From contig OZ024740.1 in assembly GCA_964016885.1 (NCBI GenBank), positions 294,624,001 through 294,688,000 of the forward strand: a stretch of DNA of 64,000 bases, read 5' to 3'. A program made the position numbers and the translations under genes. The stretch's first letter is position 1; each line of letters opens with the position of its first letter. The notes under the pieces are model-generated. The model made no database searches. It saw only the letters and a program-made list of their open reading frames with translations, and was not told the DNA's origin. Source of the DNA: Eledone cirrhosa (taxonomy: Eukaryota). Positions 51,495-64,000 of this stretch are shown in pieces.

Positions 51495-52092
51495 CTAGCT
51501 GGGGTACCTGGCTTCGCCCGGTAGAAAATGACTGTATTGGATGTATTGTCTGGTATGAGGTGAGACCCTAATGTGTGTGTGAGAGAGAGACATAAAAAAA
51601 ACAACAATAATAAAACTTCCTTAATAGGCTGATTAAATGGTAGCACTGGCCTTGGATTTAACCATAGTCAGTATGATCTTTTTCAGCTCCAAAGGACGTC
51701 ATCTGAAATGCAGCAATATACCGCATAACATTATTTCTGAAGTGTTTAGCTTCGTTAGTATGGACTGTAAATAGTATATGGATAAAAGCTGAAGGGTAAT
51801 TAATTTCAAATAGTATCAATTTTTCTTTGTTCTGTAAAATGAATTTATAAAATCTAACGCAATATTGTTAAACCTTCCTATAGATCAAAGGACCTATAGT
51901 TTAAGCCGTTTCTAGACTTTCGTGGGACGTTACTCTGTGTGAATATCTAACACTTTAATTGTTTCTCTCTCTTTCTGCCTCTCCCTCTGTGTTTCTCTCT
52001 TTAGATGTGTGTGTAGTTTTCGTGTGATCCAACCAACCAACCAGCCGACCAACCAATAAATATCTTTCTTTTATATTATATATAGATATAGA
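51495..52092 (-). mobile_element. Non-autonomous Helitron-type element
   Basis: On the - strand starts TC(TA)n, has (GGTT)n, ends with hairpin CCGGGCGAAGCCAGG + CTAG; excising it restores CCTTTATATTATA|TTTGTTTGTGCTTTCG, identical to the paralogous empty site near 50775-50800. Confidence 0.88.
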
Positions 52093-52737
52093 TTTGTTTG
52101 TGCTTTCGTTCTGTAATCATTGTATTATTATATCTGCAGTATCGGTAGAGGGTCGGACGCCATGCTTTGCAGCATAGAGTTACGGTTCTTTATGATCTGA
52201 GTTCAAATCCCGCCGACGAGGTTAACTTTGCCTTTCATCCTTATGGGGTCGATAAAATAAAGTACCAGTCACGCACTGGGTCGATTTAATCGACTTTCCC
52301 CTCCCCCCAAATCACTGGCCTTGTGCCTATATAAGAAACCATTATTATATCTCTTTTTATACAACGGTGAATAAAATCCATATATTTAATTTTATTAGAA
52401 TGTTTTCGTAAATAATTAATCATTAATGTTCTAGTTCCCCTAGAAATAAACATTTTACGGAAAATAAAAGTATCATTAGCGATTTAGGAGACAAATAATT
52501 CCGATTATTATGGGAACTGACGAGAAAATAACGATGATAGTCACCGGAAAACTTTCCATGTCTTAAAGTTGCTATTCAGTTGATCCCTATGGAGTGATGT
52601 GACCCCGATTGTCGTACCTGGTGGTGAATTGATGGTCGTATTTTGTTTTCCTTTTTTTCTTTCTCTCGCTTTGATCATATATATCTTGGTGCGTTGTATT
52701 TGTGAGGTTCCTAGCAATAGTTAATTGTATTTATTAG

Positions 52738-53107
52738 TTCTTAATTCTTCAGTTCTTCCGCGCATCGAGCAGTAAGTAGTCGCCAACGATCACAATCAGC
52801 AGCTTTTTCGCGTCCGTGCCAAGTGATGTTGTCTGCCATCAGGTCTTTTTGGAACGTTCGTCGCCAGGTAATCCTGGGGCAACCCCACTTCCGTTTGCCG
52901 CCAGGTGGAGTCAAGTTCATCACTGTTTTCGAGTATCGTTCGTGGGGCAAACGCAGAATATAGTCAACCAAGCGACACCAGCGATCCGTGACGATCCTTT
53001 GCAGCGTCCACGACTTAGTTTACCGCTAGTAGAATGCGTTCAGCCGTCTCTCTATCTTTGCCGTGATTTTCCAGGTTTCGATCGCCTAAGGTAGCACGAT
53101 GCTCTTT
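52738..53107 (-). mobile_element. RTE-type LINE 3' fragment with apparent TSD TATTTATTA
   Basis: GKRKWGCPRITWRR...DRWR motif; flanks rejoin to match the paralogous sequence near 24700. Confidence 0.78.
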
Positions 53108-53454
53108 TATTTATTATATGTGTTTATATTTTCATTCTGAAAGAAATGTGAACAATTTGTAATGTTATTTATACAACTGTGAATAAGATTTTATAGTTTA
53201 AAACTATTTATGAAATATAGGTAAACAATCGGAGCTGAAGATTGCACTCACCAGAATTGTTGCAAAATTTAATGTCTTAATGTATTATTACATTCCACCA
53301 TCTAGCTTTAATTATTTGAGTAATTAAAAAAAGATTTGTTTTTACTCGTGTTTTACTGTGTACAAGGAATCGTTCAGTAGAAGCTACTAAATCTAACTTT
53401 TCATTATTCCAAATGTTGTGAAGATAAGACGTTAAGATTTACGGTAGCTGCAAC

Positions 53455-53647
53455 CACGTGGCCTGTTTGTAAACAATACTTAATATAAACAAACACACGT
53501 GGCTGGTCTGTTGCAAACGATGAGCGCAAGTTGAGGTTTGCCTTTTGATTTGAAGAGACCCTACTATATTTTATTGATGAAGGTCGAACAAAAAAGAAAT
53601 TATTCGACTGTCAACAATGGCGACATTTACTAAAGTTCAGCCACGTG
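53455..53647. promoter_or_regulatory. Candidate cis-regulatory cluster: three CACGTG E-boxes and forkhead RTAAACA sites
   Basis: CACGTG at 53455, 53496, 53642; GTAAACA at 53469, ATAAACA at 53485; non-repetitive context. Confidence 0.4.
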
Positions 53648-54329
53648 TTTTTGTTTATGCAGCAACATGCTTGGTTTAGTTTAAAGTAAATATGAAGATT
53701 AAAAAAAATGTAACTGAAAAACAGATGATGGTACATTTCATACAGAATATTGCAATTTTTATAAACTGAATTGTTGCACATCTTGTCTACCGTTATGGGG
53801 AATGCTATCAATTTCAAATATTACCATGATCAATGAACAACATTCTCCATCCACTGACAAGCAATAAGAACAGCTTGTAATGAAAAACACGCACATCTTT
53901 ACCTCTAGAGCTTAGAATTCATTATTTAATCCCTTTACGGACTGAGTTCAAATCCCGCCGAGGTTAACCTTGCCTTTCATCCTTACGGGGTCGATAAAAT
54001 AAAGTACCAGTAATACACTGAGATAATTGCTGGTCTTGTGCCAAAAGTAGAAACAATTAAATTGAATTGGCAGTATCGGTAGAGGGTCGGACATGCTTTC
54101 CAGCGTAGTTACGTCCCTTTACGATCTGAGTTCAAATCCAGCCGAGGTTAACTTTCCCTTTCATCCTTACGGGGTCGATAAAATAAAGTACCAGTAATTA
54201 TACTAGGTAATTGCTGGCCTTGTGCCAAAAAGTAGAAACAATTATTTAATCATTAGCGTGTATGGCAAAGAGATGCAGGGAGATTGTTGAGTCCAAGCTA
54301 GCTGCTGGAAAGTGCAGTTTTCACCGACC

Positions 54330-54635
54330 AAATATTCACACTGAGACATGTATTTGACAAATCGTGCGAGTATTGTATTGCCAAGAGGCATATTCTTGTT
54401 TTGTAGACCTTGAAAAGGCATATGACCATGTTCCTCGGGACCTACTGTAGAAGGTTCTGCAGGAGTATGGGATACATGGTCAGCTTCTTACTGCCCTGAT
54501 GTCTCTATACGAATGCCTGAGTATTTGTGTTTGGATAAATGGTGCTAAATCGAACCTATTCAATGTGGGAGTCGGACTGTCAAGGGTGTGTACTGTCACC
54601 TCTCTTGTTCATTATTTACATGAACAAGATTGATA
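54330..54635 (+). mobile_element. RTE-type RT fragment
   Basis: CFVDLEKAYDHVPR...QGCVLSPLLFIIYM. Confidence 0.8.
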
Positions 54636-54655
54636 TTATTTATATGAACAGGGTT

Positions 54656-57600
54656 CATCATCATCATCACCGTTTTACGTCCGTTCTTCCACGCTAGCAT
54701 GGGTTAGATGGGTTGTCTTGTGGGCAGTGTCCGGTCGGCTGACCTTGTCTTGCTCATACGGGAGCTGATTCTGGCTTGATTTCTACAGCTGGATGCCCTT
54801 CCTAACACCAACCTCATTTACAGTGAGTGCTGGGTGCTTTTTTCCGTGGCGCCTACACGTCCACTTTACAGTGTGGGCTGGGTGCTTTTTTGCCGTGGCA
54901 CCTCCACGACCACTTTGCAGTGGGAGGGTGTGGGGGCATATTGTCTATATGCTTCAGCTTCGGCTTGTACCCGTGGGGGTCGGGTCTTCTGTATTACTGC
55001 GAGGTGTAATTGGGTAAGGTCGGCTTTTATCACCTCATCCCAGGTCTTCTTGGGTCTCCTCACTCCGCGGTTTCCATCGACTTATAGTGCTCTGCACCTT
55101 TTTATGCAGCTGTCATCCTTCATACACATCACATGTCCATACCAACGTAACCGCCTCTCCTGCACACAGCATTTGCTTCCTCTTATGCTCAGTCTCTCTC
55201 TCAATTCATTTATGCTTTGCTGTTCGCGTATATTACTATTACACATCCATTGGAGCATGCAGGCTTCGTTTCTTTCTAATCTACGCAAGTCTTCCACAGA
55301 CAGCACCCAGGTCTCACTACCATGTAACATTGCTGTTCGTGTACGCGCATCATACAGTCTGCCTTTCATTTTGAGGGAAAAACCTTTTGCAGCTAGCAGT
55401 GGCAGTAGGTCCCTGAACTTCTTCCACCCCGTTCTTACCCTGGTTATTGTACTTTCTGAACACCCACCTCCGCTGTTAATTCAGTCACCTAGGTAACAGA
55501 AGCTGTCTACTGTTTCTACAGAGCCCTCCCAGAGTTTAGTGGTACTTGTTTCCTGTGGCTGTTTGCTGTCCCAGCACAGCTGCTAAATGTGAAGCCTACC
55601 TGAGATCCCGCTACATCTCTTGTGTACCCATTGTTTGCATTCGGGGCAGAAAATGGAGTTCCTACCTACACCTTTCCTACATACTGAGCAAGGCCATTTC
55701 CCTGAGGGGAACTGGGTTCTGTTTTCTCGTCTACTTACAAGGACCTTAGTCTTTGTCAGGTTGACTTTGAGACCCTTTCTTTCTAGTCCCTGCTTCCAAG
55801 TTTGGAATTTCTTCTCTAGTTCTACCATAGATTCAGCTATAAGTGCGAGGTCATCTGCATACAGGAGTTCCCATGGGCATCTGGTCTTAAACTCCTCCGT
55901 TATTGCCTGCAGGACTATGATGAACAGGAGAGGGCTAAGAACAGAGCCCTGGTGGACACCGACCTGTATGCTAAATTCCTCCCTATGTTCATTGCTAATC
56001 CTAACTTTGCTGACTGCTCCCCTATACATGGCTTGTACAGCTTTCACAAGCCATTCATCTACTCCTAGTTTTCTAAGAGCCCACCAGATTATAGCACGGA
56101 GAACTCTGTCGAAGGCTTTCTCGAGATCGACGAATGCCAGGTAGAGTGGCTTACTTTTAGCTAGGTACTTTTCCTGTAACTGCCTCACAAGGAAGAGGGC
56201 ATCAGTGGTGCCTCTTCCTGGTACCAACCCAAATTGCATCTCATCTAGTTTCACCCAGACCCTAATCAACTGTGTTATAACTCTTTCTGTTACTTTTATG
56301 ACCTGGTCCATCAGCTTTATACCTCTATAGTTTCCTCTATCTAGTGCATCACCTTTACCTTTGTAGCAGTTGACAATGATGCTACTGCACCAATCCTTTG
56401 GTATGACACCTTCTAGTATTACCTGGTTAACAATACGTGTGGTTATGGTGTGGCCTACCGACCCAGATGCCTTCAGCATCTCAGCAGCTATACCCGATGG
56501 ACTGGTTGCTTTCCCAGTCTTCATATATTTGATTGCCTTACTTACTACACTGCTGGCCCCTCTGTAGGGTCTACTTGGGGTGGGGGTCTCTTCTTCCCAT
56601 GCATTCTCCTCATTTAGTAATCTATCATAATGGCTCTTCCACGCATCTTTCTTCTCAGCACTTGTGAGGGCAAGCTCAAGCCCACCTTTATTATTCTGGA
56701 TACACTTCTCTCCAATGACATCACAATTCTTTGCCACACTGCCTCGCAATCTTGAACACCTCCTGTTTCTCGTCCTCACGTTGCAAAACATGCTTGAATT
56801 TTCTATCCTCTGCTTCCCTCCTAGCTAAGTATACTTGCCGCCTAGCTTCGCTCCTGGTCTCTATGTAATGTACCCTGCTTCCCCCGTTCTTCCATTCTTT
56901 CCATGCCTGTCTCTTGGCCTTAACTGCCTCATCTACCTTATTGTTCCACCACCAAGTCACTCACCTCCTGCCTGTGGTCTTACTCCAGCCACAGATGTCA
57001 TCCGTCGCCTTTCTACATTGATGCATTGAATGCCTCTATCTGTTCTTCTTTACTGTTATCGGCGTTGAGTAAAATATCTTTAAATCTGTAACTGGCTGAG
57101 GGGTCTTTCAGCTTCCAGATCTTTCTTCTCCAGGCTGGCTTCCGTTTCCAGGTTCGTCTAGTTCTGACCGTGAGGTCGCTGACAACTAAGCTATGTTGGG
57201 AGGTACATTCCTCATTAGGGAAGGCTTTTGTGTTTACGACCATCCATCTGTCACGTCCTCTGATGAGGATAAAATCTATCTGACTAGATTGTTCCCCTGA
57301 TCTATAGGTGATCAGGTGGTTATTGGGTTTTTTTAAGTTTGTGTTACATATCGACATGTCATTGGCGTCGCAGAATTCTAGAAGCCTGAATCCTTCTTCA
57401 TTTCTTGTGCCAACTCCATGGACTCTATAGAAGCCGTCACGGTGTTTACCTATGTGTCCGTTAAAATCTCCTGCAATGATTAGGAAGTCATTGTCGTTTG
57501 TTAGAGCAGTAGTGCGCATTAGGGACTCGTAAAACCTATCCTTAAGTTCGTCTGGCAACCCCGATTGGGGTGTGTAAGCTGGTATTATTGTGGTAATTGT

Positions 57601-58290
57601 TTTATTCAGGACTAGTCTGAGTTTAACGATTCTTGCATTCATCCTGTTCACTGAGATTACCTTATCTACCCACACCACCCATCCCATCGTCATTTCCTAC
57701 CCAGAAAAATTTGTAGCACTGACTTTTTCCTACAAGGACTCTAGCAGACTCTCCTCTCCATCTAGTCTCTTGCACACAGCATACATCAATTTCCTTCCGC
57801 TCTAGCATCTCTACGATTTCTCCTGCTCTTCCTTTCATTGTGCTTACATTGATGGTACCAACTCGGAGTTTTGGGCATTTGTCAACATTCGTGGGAAAGG
57901 GTCGATTTTTGCAGGGGTGTGTGTATGCTTCTTGTCTCTGAATTGAAGCTTCACATGGGTGCTTGGTAGCTAGCGGATTCATATTCATTTTCATTTATTA
58001 ATTTGGGGTTGCTCCATTTATTCTCAGCTCATCCATACATAATGGTAGAATTCAGGGCTAGAAGAACAGTGGTGGTGGTAATAATGGCAGGGTGTGTTGG
58101 GGCTGGGATGGGTGAGGAGAGAGGTAGGTAGTAATGGCAGAGTTTGTTGGGGTTGGTAATGAGTTGGGGTTGGTAATGAGTAGGGGGGGGGGCATGCTGA
58201 GGTTTGATTGGTTGAATAGGCTATGGTGGTATGAGGGGGTGGGCAGGAGGGAAATTGTGAGATAGGTAGCCATCATGGCCTATAGCATCA
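54656..58290 (-). mobile_element. Near full-length RTE-clade LINE (APE endonuclease, RT, PHD-like Cys/His finger), frameshifted
   Basis: VCCVQETRW, GDFNGHIG, QIDFIL (APE); QFG, FVDLEKAFD, QGSVLSP, LLYADD (RT); RRLRWYGHV; 3' UTR and (GAT)n tail. The 5' limit is approximate. Confidence 0.93.
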
Positions 58291-58879
58291 TCATCATCTT
58301 CGTTTAACGTCCATTTTCCACGCTAGCATGGGTTAGACGGGAGTTGTCCCACTTGAGGCAAGGCTAGTCGAGTTACCGTCTCTCACTCATATAGGACTAT
58401 CTGGCAGGTTTTCTACGGCTGGATGCCCTTCCTAACACCAACCACATTTACAGTGTGGAACTGGGAACTTTTTACCGTGTTACCTACACGGCCACATTAC
58501 AGCGTGGACTGTGTGTCTTTTTTGTTGCGACACCTACACGATCTCAGGGCAAAATAAACCGATACGTGTACCTATATTGGACAAAGCGAAATGTTAGGAT
58601 TTCGAAGGGAGTAGATGACTTCGTAGAGAGACAACGAGGGTAAAAAATAAATGTGTTGTGGAGGCTAGTGAAATGATAAATACAACAATAATACTAATAA
58701 TAGTGTGAGCGGACACATTTGCAATTGGGAAATGGAGGGATACCTGGAATATATATATATGGATGGCTGGAACATGGTTTAGCAGCTCTAGTGATTCCTT
58801 TTAGCCTTTCAGAATCAAGTGTGTCTTATCTCTTGAAGAACTTCAAGATGAGTGAGGAATGAATGAATGAATGAAAGGG

Positions 58880-59560
58880 AGGTAATAGGTGGCTTAGAGA
58901 GAGTTGGAAGTGGTATCATGACTGGTAGGTGTAAAATCAGTCGGCTGGAATTTGCAGAAGACATGGTGTTACTTAACTTGACAGAAGATGATCTCCGATT
59001 TGCTCTCGATAGGTTTGATGCAGAGTGTTGTATGGCTGGAATGAAAATCAGTGTTGCAAAAACTGAGACACTCATCCACTCAAGGAAGCCTGCGCAGTGT
59101 ACTCTACATGTGAATGGAGTTCCACTGAAGCAGATAGAGAAGTTCAAGTATCTCTGGGCCATGTTCATGAGTGATGAAAGGCAGGAGGGTGAATTAAATG
59201 CACAAATTGCAGGAGCTGGTGCATTACTGCACCAGCTCCAGCATTCAGAAATCAGAAGGAAGGAAGGTAGATGTAAAAGCCAAACTCGCTATCTTCAATT
59301 CGGTATTTGTGCCAACACTTACCTATGGTTATGAATCTTGGGTAATGACCGAAAGAATATGAAGGGCCTTTGGTGTAACATGACTCGATAGAGTGCATGC
59401 TCAGAGATCAAAGAGTTGTTCCAGGTAGAGCCACCACTCTGAATTGAGAGATCACAGCTCTGATACTATGGGCATGTGGTTAGAATGTCTCAGGAAAGAA
59501 TAACTGGACAGATTTTATGGGAAAATCAACTGGCAGGAGACCCAGAAGTAGACCTCAATC
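58880..59560 (+). mobile_element. RTE-type LINE RT/C-terminal fragment
   Basis: LEFAEDMVLL...GMKISVAKTE...EKFKYL. Confidence 0.85.
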
Positions 59561-62261
59561 TCGCTCCCATTCTGAATTGTCATTTAGGAATTTTTTCATC
59601 ATTATACCTTTACAGCGGTAATTATTAATAAAAGTTATTAAAGTAAATTACTTTATTTTCTTTTTGTGAAATGTTAATTCAAGGTGTTCTTATATATTGG
59701 TATAAGTATAATGGTATTTCATATGATATATATAGTTAGGTATATTGGTTTTTATATATATAGAGATTGTAAATTGGCAGAGTTATTTGAACATTGGATC
59801 GAATGCTTTGTGGTATTCATTCTGGTTGTTTGTGTTCTCTGAGTTTAAAACCCGCCTAGGTTAACTCTGCCTTTCATCATTTCGAGGCCGATGAAAAAAA
59901 GTACCAGTAGAGTATTGACATCAATTTTTCCTCTATATCTTTTTCTCACTTCCTCTCTCCTGCTCTGAAAGAAATTGGCTGTGTTCAGACTTGGAGAGGA
60001 GATGGACTCCACCAAGTTTAAATGCCTAAGACATTGTATGTCACTACAGTACCCCTAAAATTCAATCAGGACTTAAGGGTCCATACATACATATATATAT
60101 ACACAAGGTACATTATTTCTTTTCTCAGTTTAGATTCCTTCCCTGACTAACATTCCTCGACTGGGAGCCAAGTTTGCAAATCATTGTTGTAGAATGTCTA
60201 ATGTACATTTTATTGTCAATCTAACAAACCTATCTAAGAAATGATAGTGCTCAATACATTGTATACCACTAGGGTGGTGAATTGGTAGAGCATTGGATAA
60301 AATGCCATTGTGGTATTTGTTCTGGCTTTTTACATTCTTAGTTCAAATCCTTTTAAGGTCAACTTTGCTTTTCATCCTTCTGTGGTTGATAAAATAAAGT
60401 ACCAGTTAAATACTGGGGAAGATTTAATCAACTTTGCCCTTCCTCCAATTTTGCAGCCCTTATGCCTAAATTAGAAATGAATATGTTGTTTACAACTTAG
60501 TAATGGTGCACATGACTTAAGTAACATAGAGCCCGATGAAGACTGATTCACAATCCTCTCTAGCAGAACACATGCTCTGCTCTTAACGTCTTGTAAAGTA
60601 AACCTAACAATTAAATAACGAAAGTATGGTGCAGTGAGGAGGGAGTGGCAGATACTACACCCCAGTCAAAGTGGTATATCTCAGCTGCACCCTGTGGATA
60701 AAATGCTGAAGGCAATGACATGGAGCACTAGGGAGATTATTATGTCTTTGACAAAGATGAAGAGTCCTCTCATGGCACCAGAACTAGGGAGGTTATCATG
60801 TCTTTGACAAAGCTAAAAAGTCCCCTCATGCACCAGGTATACTTTATCGTGGCACCAGCACCAGGTATACTTTATCGTGGCACCAGCACTAGGGAAGTTA
60901 TGTCTTTGTCAAAGCTGAAAAGTCATCCTGACTACCCAAAATAAAAGAACATATTTTCCTCAGTTTCAGATGAAATAATAAACATCAACCGATTTTATTT
61001 CATGTTAACATATTTATTGACATTATTAACACATGTATTTAGAATTGTTTTTGATGGAAACAAACAAAATCTCAGTTCCCCATTGAGAGAAAAACAAACA
61101 AACAATAGAACAAATAAAATTTTAAACAGTAATTTAACATGTTTCATTAAAGATGTAGACAAACACATTCAATGGAAAATACTTAAGATTTTAGAAATAT
61201 CACAGTTGGTTCAGGTTGCTAAAACAATAAAGATCTAAAGTATTAGGAAAGAAATAATGATGATAGTAACCTGGGATAAGAATAATTAAAATTGATATAT
61301 ATATATCTATTTTTATATATGTATGTGTGTGTACATGCGTGTATGTGTGTACATATATATATATGTATGTGTGTATATGTGTATATATATATATATGTGT
61401 GTGTGTATGTAAAAGAGAGAAGGAGCAGAGGTACATAGCTATTTCAGTAGTAAAATGATATTCACAACATGGAATGACTATTACATATCTATGAAAGAAT
61501 AATTAAGGTTGTTTATAGCTTTAACCAAATTTTTTCTTACACTACGATATGGAATGAAACAATTTTTTTTTTTAACAACTGTTGATTTATGAAGTATTGG
61601 GAATGTTTGAAATTTAAAATGTGAGTATCCCAACACAGGAATGGCTGTAATATGGTCAATCACTATAAATAATAGTTTAGAAAATCGAGTAAAGTAACCC
61701 TGGCAACAGAAAAGAGTGGACAGTAGAACCTGTGAGGTATCGAACCATGTATTGGAGAGACACGGTGCTGCATTCCTCAGAGGCACCTCTATCCATTTTT
61801 TCCATCTCCAGGGGTATTTTCTCAACTATTATTTATAGCGAGCAACTATATTAAAGTAATTTCTGCATTGGGATGCCCACATTTCAAATATCAATGTATG
61901 CTTTTTCTTTTTATTACTAAAACAGGATCTGCCAAAAGCAATTTTAAAACATTTTTGTAATAGTCGCAATTTAAACCTTGGAAGTTCACAAATAAGTAGG
62001 TAAATGTAGATAATATTAATCTATTGCAATTAATTAACTATTAATATAGATATAAAACGAAAACTTTAATGCTTACATTCTAAACTGTATTGCCAAAAAT
62101 ATTTAAAAATATTTTCCTATAAGAATTGAAAAAAACATTTGTAAAATAACATTATTATCAAATATTTTCTGATTAAACAATTTGTCATGACAATATGAGT
62201 CTTTAAAAAAAACGAACTTAATTATAACGTGTGTGTGTGTGCATGCATATATTATATATAT

Positions 62262-62870
62262 ATATTATTCAAAATATGAAGACGTTGACATAATCAAATT
62301 ATATATATTTCAGAGGTACTGTGCTGTTTTTTCAGTACGTCCTCATCAGATAAAATATATGAATTGATGTATGACATACTTCAACTGTCTTGATGGTTCA
62401 ATTCCAGTATTGGCAGTGATTTATTACAACAAATCTCAATATTTATATACACAAATAATAACATGATAAACTTAAATATGATGAAGAAGAAGATGTGGAG
62501 CGAGATATAAGTATAAGGAGAGGGTGAGTATGAGAAAATGTAAGAAGAAATAAATAAATAAATTTATTTATTTCTTCTTACATTTTCTCATACTCACCCC
62601 CTCCTTATATCTCGCTCCACATCCTCTTCTTCATCATATTTAAGTTTATCATGTTATTATTTGTGATATATAAATATTGAGATTTGTTGTAATAAATCAC
62701 TGCCAATACTGGAATTGAACCATCAAGACAGTTGAAGTATGTCATACATCAATTCATATATTTTATCTGATGAGGACGTACTGAAAAAACAGCACAGTAC
62801 CTCTGAAATATATATAATAAAACATTTTGATTATGTGAACGTCTTCATTTATTAATATTTTGAATAATAT
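62262..62870. mobile_element. ~610-bp foldback palindrome with hammerhead motif; probable Penelope-like inverted pLTR insertion
   Basis: Arms mirror around AA at 62560-62561 with a few small indels. Confidence 0.85.
62761..62822 (+). ncRNA. Type I hammerhead motif (damaged mirror copy at ~62296-62356, - strand)
   Basis: UUUUAU-CUGAUGA-GGACGUACUG(11 nt)CAGUACCUCU-GAA-AUAUAUAU-A/AUAAAA. Confidence 0.75.
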
Positions 62871-63039
62871 TAATAACTCCAGAAAACTTCTTTGTAGAGT
62901 GATTTTAATCTATTGTAAAACTATATTCATTGAGTAATCAATGAACCATATTAATCTTTGGTTATATATTATATATATATATATATATACAAACATGTAC
63001 TTCATCATTAGAGAAAAGCAGATGTATGATGATGATGAC

Positions 63040-63105
<66 letters not shown>

Positions 63106-63109
63106 ACAA

Positions 63110-64000
63110 GTACAATTTCTCCTGGACAAGTAAGAATAGTGGAGTGAAGTAGGCATACCATTGGTAGAGAAATGGATAAAGTAATTGAGGTAGTGAGAGT
63201 AAGTGACAGAGTTAGCTTAGACTTGTCATAGGAAATGCAACAACTGTTATCTCTATATGCCACACTTCAGAGACAAATGAGTAACAAGACCCTTTCTATA
63301 AGGTCCTCTTGTGTATCACTGGGCAGCACCATGATGGCTACTCTGGAGTATATGGTGGCTATGAATATGATATGAATAAGGATTATAGATCCTGGAGTTC
63401 TCTGATGCAAATGACTTAATAATCTGCAACACTAATTTCAGAAAAGTGATGATGAATACTATGTCTTACTCTGGAGAAGGATGCACCACACAACACAGTT
63501 TAGTGATTAGTGACTTTAGATTAAGATGTACTCATAGATGGACTTATACACAAGACAATCGGGAAAAAGATGGTGTGGAAACTGAAAGATTTGTCTATAA
63601 ACCTATAGATATAGGTCCTCTAGATAAAGTGTATGATGAAAAGGAGGAGGAAACAGACTTATTATACAGAGGACAACTAGGAATTTCTACAATAACACCA
63701 GCTGCTGGCCATGACTGAGATCTGTAGTTGAAGCAAGGTAGCAACTAGATGAAAGGCGACATGATGGAGAAATAGTATTAAAGCCATAAAAAGTAAAAGC
63801 AGGCCTATAAAGGATTAAAGAAAAAGGCCAGCAAAAGACTATAATGTAGCTAGGGAAAAAAATAGACATCAGGCTTTCATAGTATGCTGTGAGGTTGAAA
63901 GCAAGAGGCTTGCCAATGTTCAGCAGCAAGAGAATCTGAAACATGAGGTGTTTTAGATTGCATGTTAGTGTGATGGTAGTGGAAAATTGTGTTTGGGATG
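63110..64000 (+). mobile_element. Highly decayed RTE endonuclease region, runs off the window
   Basis: Resembles 56700-57740 (ILEFSDANDLIICNTNFRK, CTTQHSLVISDF). Confidence 0.75.

Noticed and set aside
54793-56567. Long + strand ORFs (220 aa, 174 aa and others)
   Set aside because: Antisense shadows of the - strand RTE coding sequence.

Overview
AT-rich, repeat-dense eukaryotic genomic DNA. The SINE/LINE repertoire and (TA)n/(GAT)n microsatellites suggest a coleoid cephalopod, probably an octopus (inference). Three host genes can be read directly. (1) The 3' ten exons of FEN1 (+ strand, 720-21003; the 5' exons lie outside the window). (2) A two-exon C/EBP-gamma-like bZIP gene (- strand, 26514-24061), convergent with FEN1. 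(3) An Ikaros/Hunchback/Pegasus-type C2H2 zinc-finger gene (- strand, last exon 37231-35999). The rest is transposon-derived: RTE, CR1/L2 and CRE-like LINEs, tRNA-derived SINEs, mariner/Tc1, hAT and Helitron-type non-autonomous elements, and minisatellites. The most notable hidden signal is a set of minimal type I hammerhead-ribozyme motifs (CUGANGA...GAAA with a short, mostly palindromic stem III, the form associated with Penelope-like retroelements). They occur at about 20.7, 39.9, 45.5, 45.7, 46.3 and 62.8 kb, with a degenerate one at 46.8 kb. Two sit inside 0.5-0.6 kb near-perfect foldback palindromes, one of which ends 44 nt before the last FEN1 exon. A second notable item is a pair of exact C/EBP-ATF elements (TGATGCAAT) carried by an inverted-repeat element inside the C/EBP-gamma intron. 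All calls were made by eye without database searches.
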